Assembly: GCF_026571515.1 (NCBI RefSeq)
Contig: NW_026854867.1
Location: 62,001 to 126,000, forward strand
Length of the DNA stretch: 64,000 nucleotides
Direction: 5' to 3'
Source: Ruditapes philippinarum
Lineage: Eukaryota
In this document: positions 55,539 to 64,000 of the stretch, piece by piece
How positions within the stretch are numbered: position 1 is the first letter of the stretch
Layout of the letters: each line of letters begins with the position of its first letter
Position numbers and translations under genes: made by a program
Notes under the pieces: model-generated
The model's input: the letters and a program-made list of their open reading frames with translations, nothing else
Database searches by the model: none
Told to the model about the DNA's origin: nothing

Positions 55539-57834
55539 AACCCGGAGAGGAATGTGATGCAAACGAACAGTGTCAGTCATTGCGTTGTGACGTGGTTTGT
55601 AAGAATAATTGCTCTCAGGGCAATTATTACTTTAACAAGACTTGCACTGGTAAGTATACAAAACTTGTTCAGGCCTCCTCTTATGTAGAATTAAGGAAGT
55701 CCTATGCCAAACTGCCACGACAATTGTCTTATACATTAAGAATAACGGCACATTCTTTGTCTCATTATTTTGTTGTTTAGTACCTTGGAAGAAAAAAATC
55801 TTTTAAAGACTGACCAATTAGCTCTGTTAAATAAAATAATTACATATACATGCATTTTAGTTGAGTTCGGTGCCAAATTTGGACATAAAACAGTTACATG
55901 GTGTAAGATTAAAGACCTGAATAATTTATTTGTTTCTTTTATTATTGTCCTATATACTGTGGCAATAAAAGTTGAAATTATTTTCATTTCCTGTTTTTTA
56001 CTTAAACAAATACCAAAATATATAAAAGGCGTACCAATTATCCATTTTAGCTTGTCCAGATGCTCAAGATTGTGCAGGCATTCGCCCAATTGTAAGAGGC
56101 ACTTGTATTATATGTCCTTTGGGAGGTAAGTAATCAGGTTTATCTAAAAGCATGTCAATCATTTTATATTCTTACACACATATGTATTTAAAACATTTGT
56201 AGGTACCTGCATCATACCTGCATTAACCTTGTAAGTACCGGAAAATAACATGAACAACTGTAACAGATCGTTTGTTATTGACTTCGTCCAAATAATGTTT
56301 ACAAATTATATTCCATTCTTTAACTTTTATTGGGCGTGAGGAATGTTGCACGTTTTCAGTATCCATCAATTACAGACTCATTCAAACTGAGTCGGCAATT
56401 TTCTTGTAATTTTGTTGTGATTAATGCTTCAGAGGGATCGCTTTGTTTCCAGATTGTTATATTTCACAACGGCAGGTGTAAAGTGCTGTGTTGCAGCTGT
56501 AAAACGTTGCCCTGTACCTCACTTCAGTGTTGTTAAGTTTTTCTGATCCTTACGGCATCATTGATGCCAGCACGAGTGTTAAGAATTGAGTACCGCTCAA
56601 GCCGGTGCTGGTGGGGCGTGAGGGATGCTCACGTTTTCAGTAGCCCTCATGTACAGACTCAGTCAAACCGAGTCTGCAATTTTCATGTAATTTTGTTGTG
56701 GGGATCACTTTGTTTTTTGTTTATAAGAAGGACCTTTGTTTGAGACCACAAATGAAATATGAGTTTGCCTCCATAGAAAAGCACGTGAGAGGTCTTTATG
56801 CAGCTGTGGAAGATTTCTATAATTCGAAAGATATATAAAATAGACTAGTTTTGTTCTAACCAAAGAACTGTACGTTCGAAGTGCCATAAATACATTAGTA
56901 TCTATGTCAAGCAAATCCCTTTCGTAAATAACATTAAGTCACCTTCAGTAGTGACTAACGTCTGACAACTTCAAAGTGGCTGATACATGCTACAAAGTAG
57001 TAACGACTTATAAGGATCACTAATTAGTCACCTGTCCGTCACAATACTTGCCTGGTGTATGTCCTTAAAAGCTAATGTTGCAATTGGATTAAAATTGACA
57101 GGCTTGTTAAGTGTTACTAAGTCTAGTTCTACCGTATACCGTCAGCATTTGAAGTTCTATGATTTTGTCAGAGTTGCAGCCTAAATTCTATTTTTCTCGA
57201 CTTCAGGATTGATAGATGACTCCTGAAATTGCTCATAAAAAATGATTTTTCTAGTTGAATGATTTATTTGCGGAGTTATGGCATTTGAATCAAAAACGAG
57301 TAATGGCCTGATATGATTTTTGTGTTATTTACCACAAATTAGTTATATAATGCTACAAAGTAGCCGCCACATATAGGGAACAAACTGGCAAATCGGCGCT
57401 AAATACAACTGCGTATTACTTGAACGTTAGTTAAAGTAAGAGATGTATGGCTTAGTTTTCCACTGTCATCAAAAGTTTTTATAAAACTATTATTTTATTG
57501 TCAATTCATTTCATCTCACACTGAAATACATACAAAATGTCACTCTTTGTGCCTTAATGATTTATTTTTTTCAGGACCAGAGTGCCCAACAAGATCATTA
57601 AGTCTCAGTGGATATGACGTAGATATTTATAATAAAGATCAGTGTGAAGGAATAAAAATACCGGCTTTCCTGGCCAGATCACAGATAGATTGCTATCAGC
57701 AAACAATCGATGGCGTAATGCCCGCCGCGTTAACATACAACAACAACATTTGCATTGCATATCCAAGAATTTGTAGATTAAGGTTGTTTAAATCGGGGGG
57801 CAAAAACATGGTTGTCAAAAGATGCACTGGTTAA
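55539..57834 (+). CDS. Cysteine-rich protein, 3' exons (EGF/furin-like Cys modules plus degenerate PAN/apple-like domain); 5' end unresolved
   Basis: Phase-1 GT-AG exons 55539-55649 (PGEECDANEQCQSLRCDVVCKNNCSQGNYYFNKTCT), 56051-56125 (CPDAQDCAGIRPIVRGTCIICPLG), 57575-57834 (PECPTR...ARSQIDC...ALTYNNNICIAY...KRCTG*); AATAAA at 57906. Confidence 0.7.
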
Positions 57835-58849
57835 GGATAATCAAGTACATATCTATAATAACCTTATCAACTCATTGAATATTTGTTTGTGTCTGTTCAT
57901 GTAGTAATAAATGGGGTGAACAAAATAATTATTTTTGTTCAAATTATAGATTTGTATGTACATATTGTTAATAATTACTTAATTAGTCAAAAAAGAAAAT
58001 AATGAAAATAACGTGGATTAAAATGTAGCGCAATTTAAACACTAACAAGGTTAATAAAGAAGACGTAAGTACAAGTACACATAAAGCATTGTTCCCATTG
58101 TTACAAAAATTCTTACAAATGGGTTTAATTATTAATTGTGTTATCAGTAGAAAATTTCAGCATTGGAAATTGATTAATCATTTAAAGTGTTACGAAACCA
58201 AAAACAAATACTAGACCAAATATTGTAAAAGGCAGTTCGGTTATTTGCTCTCTAGGCTATTTATTTTTCCAAATCAATGCCACCAATGTTTAGACTGATG
58301 CTATCCATTTTAAGATGTCTATACTGCTGTTTTGTTTTGAGAAAGAAACAAGTTTAGAAACTTTTTTTAAGCATAACAATATATCTATCAATTTATTGAG
58401 ACGCTAGATGTTTTAGATTTCTTATTTAACTGAAGTGTTTAGTTAAGAAATACGTAAGATATTTTCTTAGTTTGATATTAATTACGTTTTTAAGATATAA
58501 TTCCTTTTATTGGTTCTTAGCGGTTCCATCTTGGACGTATTTGGATTCTTTTTACCGTATACGTGTTTTTTTCTGCGGTGAATTTATTTCTGCGTATTCT
58601 GCGGTCAGTTTCAGCATCGCAGAATTAAAATCCGTAGAATATTTCTCCATGTTTTGTTCTTTAACCTGTAACTTCATGTGCCCTACATTATGAACTGTTT
58701 CGTCTAAAGTAATAACGGCTTATAAATTTTAACGGTTAGCGGGTCATCAAGTTGCATTAAATTGCTGTCGATTAAGAATGTAATCTGTGTGTGTTATGTA
58801 ACAAACTAATAAAAAAGGCTTAATACGGTCTACCATAAAGAAAAGCCCA

Positions 58850-59150
58850 CTGTCTACTGTAAACTGCTTAATACCTAAAGTCAACTGCTACACATTCACT
58901 GTTGAACGCTTAGTGCCTACAGTTAACTGCTACATATTCACTGTTACACGCTTAATGCCTATAGTTAACTGCTACATTTCACTGTTAAACGATTTATACC
59001 TACAGTCAACTGCTACATGTACATATTCACTGTTAAATGCTTAATGCTTACAGTCAACTGCTACATATTCACTGTTAATGCTTAAAATCTTAAGTCAACT
59101 GCTACATATTCACTGTTAAATGCCTCTAGTTAACTGTAAAATATCAACTG
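58850..59150. repeat. ~41-bp minisatellite, about 6-7 units
   Basis: Repeated tacagtcaactgctacatattcactgttaaatgcttaatgc. Confidence 0.88.
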
Positions 59151-59400
59151 CTATCAACTACTGAATGTTAATATTCGATCAAATGAGTAAAAGTAAATAT
59201 CAGCTTTTTACACCCTTCTTTCATTGTGTTTTATATGTTACAGTGGGGGACCTTCTGAAACAGGTATTGTTCAAAGAATTGTCCTTTATGATAAAAGTCA
59301 TTGAATACGTTACGACTATACTTTTATAATTCTAGAATGGAGAAACATATATTGCTCAGTTATCGAAAAGGAACATATTCTCTTTTATGTAACATGCATG

Positions 59401-59795
59401 TTAAAGATCCTGTATGTTTTGTGATTTGATATGGTTACTGTGTGTATACCACACTTGCAAATTTTTTTATATCATTATATGTATATAATTATGCAAATTA
59501 AACAATTTTCAAACATCGAAGAATATGTAAAATGTGTACTGCAAATATTTATCCACATTATCCTTAATCAATAAATTGCATGCATTCATTTCGTTTTGGA
59601 AAATTTGACTAAGAATTTATATTTATATAGAAAATAAATTTCTAATTACCTCCCTTTATTTACATGAAATGTTAAATTGGGTAATATCTTTAGAAATAAT
59701 GCCTATTGGGAAATTACAATATTGGGAAAAAACTAAATTTGAGCCCTCATATTATAAAAAAAACCCTGAAAAAAATTGTTTAAAGGATCTTTTAA
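59401..59795. mobile_element. Kolobok-type MITE, family 3
   Basis: TTAA|agatcctgt left end; right end garbled (aaaggatcttttaa); partial copies at 22228-22430 (left part) and ~45645-45933 (right part ending acaggatctt). Confidence 0.6.
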
Positions 59796-61285
59796 AAAAA
59801 AACCTTTAATTTTTAAATAAAAACTTTTTTCAGAAAATAAACCCTTTGAAAATTTTAAAATTGGGGAAAAAACCAACCCTTTTTTTTTTTTAAAACTGTT
59901 GCTATTTTTAATTTTAAAGCAAAAAAGCAAAATGCAATAAAAAAAAATATTAATCAATCTTTTATTTTTTTGCCCTTTATTTTTTAAAAATTTTTGCCTT
60001 TTAAAAAAAAATTTTTTTAATTGGGTAAAGTTTGGGTTTAAATTTTAAATTGGGGGAAAACATAAATAATGAGAATTCATTTATTGTAATAAGTTGTTTT
60101 TGTTGTTGCATTAAATTTGGTTGTTAAGTTATATCTGTTTGGTAAAATATATTTGGTTTATATTGGTTTATATTGGTGAAGTAGGATGGAATAATTTTGT
60201 CTTTTCAAAATTAAATAAGTTTATGCTTTGTTTTTTTTTTAAAAATATCTGTATTTATTGGGTGTTTTAGTTTAAGTTGTTTTCTAACGCTAATTAAATT
60301 TTAAGTTAATAGTGTTGGTTAAATGTTTGTGGTTTATACTGTATATTAAAGCTGTAAAAATATTAATTTTGTGTTCTTCATTTTTGTGGAAATTATATTG
60401 TTTTGTTTCATAAGTTGTTTAAAGCTCGGGCTCGGCAAAAACATATACGTAAAAAATATTTTGTATTAGTGGTGTGTGTTTGTTTTGGGTGTAAATAATA
60501 ATCAAAGCTTGTTGTTTAAATGTAAATATAAATTTAAGATAAAATAAATAAGAATGCCTAAGAAATAGTGTTAACTGTTAAATAACATGCTAGTTTCCAA
60601 ACTAAAATATCACAATTTTAAGTAAGGCGGTGCTGCCCAGTCTCCATATCTTAAAACAATGGTTCTAGTGTTTGTCACAAAATATTTCCTTTTATTAAAT
60701 AACATCAAGTCAATCACTCTCATGACAATGTAAATATAAGAATAAAAAGGTATATTATAACATCTTTTCCTTAATTCTGTAACTTTATATTTAATATTAA
60801 TTTGCACGTTTTTGTTGAATAGTCCTTTAATGCAATAAATGTCGTAAATTACAACGGCCATTTGTGTGGCTAGAATAATTGATGGTTTTGTAAAAAAGAT
60901 TAAAAGTTTGTTTGAAAGTATTCTGGGCCTTGTATCCTTATCTCCAAAATTTTGGAACTGGATTTTAATGCATCATATATTCGTTGTTTTTCAAACAAAA
61001 CCATCAATACGCCTCTGAAATTCTATGACCAGTTGTGAAATCTGATAAACGTACTTGGAGAGTATATACACTTTAATTGTCAAAATCTTGTATGGCAGTT
61101 TTGTCTAAAAAGTTAAAATGTTGTTAAATCCATCAAGTAATCAAACAAAGAGGTTGAAAAAAAAGTAAAAAAAAAGAACATTATTATGGGAACATCCCCC
61201 CAAATTCAATCTAAATTAGATATAAGTACACAAGCTGTTAGTGAAAATAATCGACAAATACAAATTAAAAAAAACCCAAACAACT

Positions 61286-61555
61286 ACACTGAATGGCGGA
61301 GGGCAGGCATGTACAAGAAAAATTCTCGAAGGCGTAAAACAATCTTATACATTTATTTACATTCATACAAATGCTGGAAACGTTTCAGCATATCAGATTC
61401 GTTAGCCATGCAGCTGGCTTTTGAGTGAATACTACTCGTCTGGACATGAGGATGATTTATTTGTTAAAGTGATTGTACTTGATATGCACACCTATGTATA
61501 TATTGTCTTATGACTCAACATATAAGAAATAAACAAGCTATGTAATCTACATTAT
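61286..61555 (+). pseudogene. Duplicated FABP exon 4 plus 3' UTR, non-functional
   Basis: Aligns with 36347-36615; splice acceptor deleted; +1 A in aagaaaaattc; downstream flank 63620-63915 aligns with 36885-37180; exons 1-3 not seen. Confidence 0.85.
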
Positions 61556-64000
61556 ACTCATGAAATAAAGAAAATAAGAACCTCCAAAGAAAGCCAAACA
61601 CGGCATAATTGAAAATGTTGCAGGATCGGTTTGATTGAGTCTGTTCATGGACGGTACTGTTAAGTGCAAACTACCGTCTACGCCCCCTAGCATCGGCTTC
61701 AGCAGAATTCAACATTTACTATGAACTGGTACAATTTTGAATTTTGAAACATCCGCAGATGTACTCATATGGCGGTTGTCATGGAAACTTCAATGTGACA
61801 TGTTAGTGCCATTCCATGAAAAGCGGCATATGGTCCCCAAGTAAAAAAAAATTCGTGTGCCCTAAACGAGAAAGCAATGGGCGAAACTAAATTAAATGGA
61901 ATTTTTGAAAGGGGATCAGAGGTTAGGAAGCCTGCATATCACAGATAAGAAGTCAAAAGACAAATTTAAAAAGCAGGCCACATATCCTAAGGGTGATTCA
62001 ACAGTTTTCAAGTGAGGAATACTTGAACCACCCGACAAGAAAAAAAAGCCGAATAGAAAAAACTAAATTATCACAAGCACATCAATAATGTCGTGCTGGA
62101 TCGGAAATATAACATCTCTGATTGAATGTAAGGGGCGACTTTTTACAGCCTCCACACGGCACAAACAATACTGATGTGGCGATAAAATAGAGAAAATAAG
62201 AATCCACAAAGAAAGCCCAAACACGGCATAATTGAAAATGTTGCAGGCTCGGTTTGATTGAGCCTGTTCATGGAAGGTACTGTTCAGATCAAGCTACCGT
62301 CCACGCCCACCTGCACCGGCTATTCAATCTTGTTTGAATATAACAAGATAAATTCACTATTAAAATGCCCTTATTAACCGCTTACATTCAACATTCTCCA
62401 CGCATTTTGTTTCTACAACTAAATTAAACGATGCAAAATGATCTAAGGCAACTGCTTAAATTTCAAAATGAATTAAAAGGTACTTTAGAATAGTTTGTGT
62501 TTAAACTTTTAACAGGTGATTATATAACGATTTTTTAACCTAATACTGATCCATGCTTCCATGCTTGTGGCGTAAAATACTTGCATATACTACTAGTGTA
62601 TGACACCAGCGTTCAAGGTAATAGAGAATTTATCTGAGCTCAGACAAACATCTCAGGGTTTTGTTTTTTTCAAAAACTACCGTAAATGTTTACTGACCAA
62701 TGAAAATCATGAGATTTGCGACGGAACTAAGAAAAAAAGCATTATGTCTCTAGAGCAGTATTGATAGACGCCTTCTCTGACCTTTTATTTGCAAAACAAT
62801 AGATTTAACTACAAACATTGATTAGTGCTCTTTTGTTCACAAATATGTTGTGATGAATCTTTTTTTATTGTATTCACTAATCTGATCATTAGAAATGGAC
62901 AAGTCAGAGATCTATGCTTTAGCTGGATTGGGGGGGGGGGGGGGGTAGTGGGGAACCGAGATATTCTCCATGCATTGAGATATAAGTTTGTTATTTTATT
63001 CTATGTTAAGCTTTGCTAAGCTTTTATCCCCAAGCATTTGTATTGTTAAGTATTCGTTATGTCTAATATTCTAAACAGACCCATCGTATGTTCACAAATT
63101 CTGTATATTACAAATAAGACACTGAATATAAAGGTAGTAATTACAAATAATTATACATCAAGACAGTTCAATGCCTAATCGTACTACTTTAATGCAAAGT
63201 TTTTCGTAAACAATAGATAAAATTTCGTCTGCACTAGCTTGTTATTCGAATTTCCCTTTTTATTTGGAATGAAAATGTGTTGTCTTAGCATCTCGATAGT
63301 TGTTGTCAGAGGTCAATCGTGTTATCAGGAAATGAAAAGATTGTCAAAGCACCGTGTTCACTAACATCCAAGGATCAGGATAAAGAAGCTGAAATATTTC
63401 ACATGATTATCCATATAAATATTAATATTCAATATTTACGTTACGGTAGGACTTGAGAGATCACGATCGTGAAAACTGTGTAATAAAATATATTATGTAT
63501 TTAAGAACCACGTAAGTGTTTACATAATAAATTACAATTGGTACAGTACATGATTTAGGTTTTTTTTATAATCAAGTAAGGACTTTGATCCCTTATATTT
63601 TTTCTTCACATGATTAGTGCGCGTATTTCTTTGTTTGCATCGTTTTCTTCCATTTTCATCACAAAAAAAAGGTTTGTTTCTTTGCAAATCAGAATTTGTC
63701 TTACAAGTGTCAATGTAACATCAATTCAAGACGAGCACAATCGACCTTAATTTTATTCTTAGTGAATACGGGACCTAGTGTATCACAACTTTCTGTCGAT
63801 AAAGACTCGCCTTTGTTTCCCACGTACGAAATGGTGGAAATAAATTTTCTAAATAATGTGTAACATTTATATTTGATTATTTCTAATTTTATATATATCA
63901 ACTGTTCAGTCATTCGCGCAAGACTTCAGTTTAAACGTAAGCGTAAATGCACGATCATACTTACGAATAATTTACGAAATGTTAGTAATGATGTATCAAA

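Noticed and set aside
55736-56129. 117-aa and 119-aa ORFs
   Set aside because: AT-rich intron sequence; the real exon 56051-56125 is in another frame
60590-61110. Coding-like minus-strand text (…LRYGDWAAPPYLKL)
   Set aside because: Many stops in every frame and no recognisable domain
61186-61428. 80-aa ORF
   Set aside because: Out-of-frame reading of the FABP exon-4 duplicate

Overview
AT-rich, intron-containing eukaryotic DNA. The repeat landscape (TTAA-flanked MITEs, a Helentron/HINE-like element with internal satellite, tRNA-derived SINEs, frequent TACATGTA) suggests a bivalve mollusc, probably an oyster; this is inference. Reconstructable genes: (1) three SLC16/monocarboxylate-transporter paralogues, all carrying lesions (+9667-13535, four exons with one frameshift; -18458-20233 and -30997-32655, decayed and lacking exon 4); (2) an intronless orphan 5-TM protein with a Cys/N-glycosylation repeat tail (intact at -23638-24369, frameshifted at -15033-15764, third fragment beside the N gap), tandemly co-duplicated with the minus-strand MCTs; (3) an intact four-exon FABP (+34697-36397) and a dead duplicate of its 3' end at ~61.3-63.9 kb; (4) a trypsin-fold pseudo-protease with all three catalytic residues replaced (+48276-53405); (5) the 3' exons of a Cys-rich EGF-like/PAN-like protein (+55539-57834). 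Mobile DNA includes an intron-containing DD34E Tc1 with 11-bp TIRs nested in an L1/Tx1-type LINE relic, a mariner remnant, Kolobok-type MITEs, SINEs and several satellites. There is no sign of a prokaryotic-type system. The best candidates for something undescribed are the orphan 5-TM/MCT duplicated module, the intron-bearing short-TIR Tc1 and the pseudo-protease. All calls come from manual reading and translation, not database searches.
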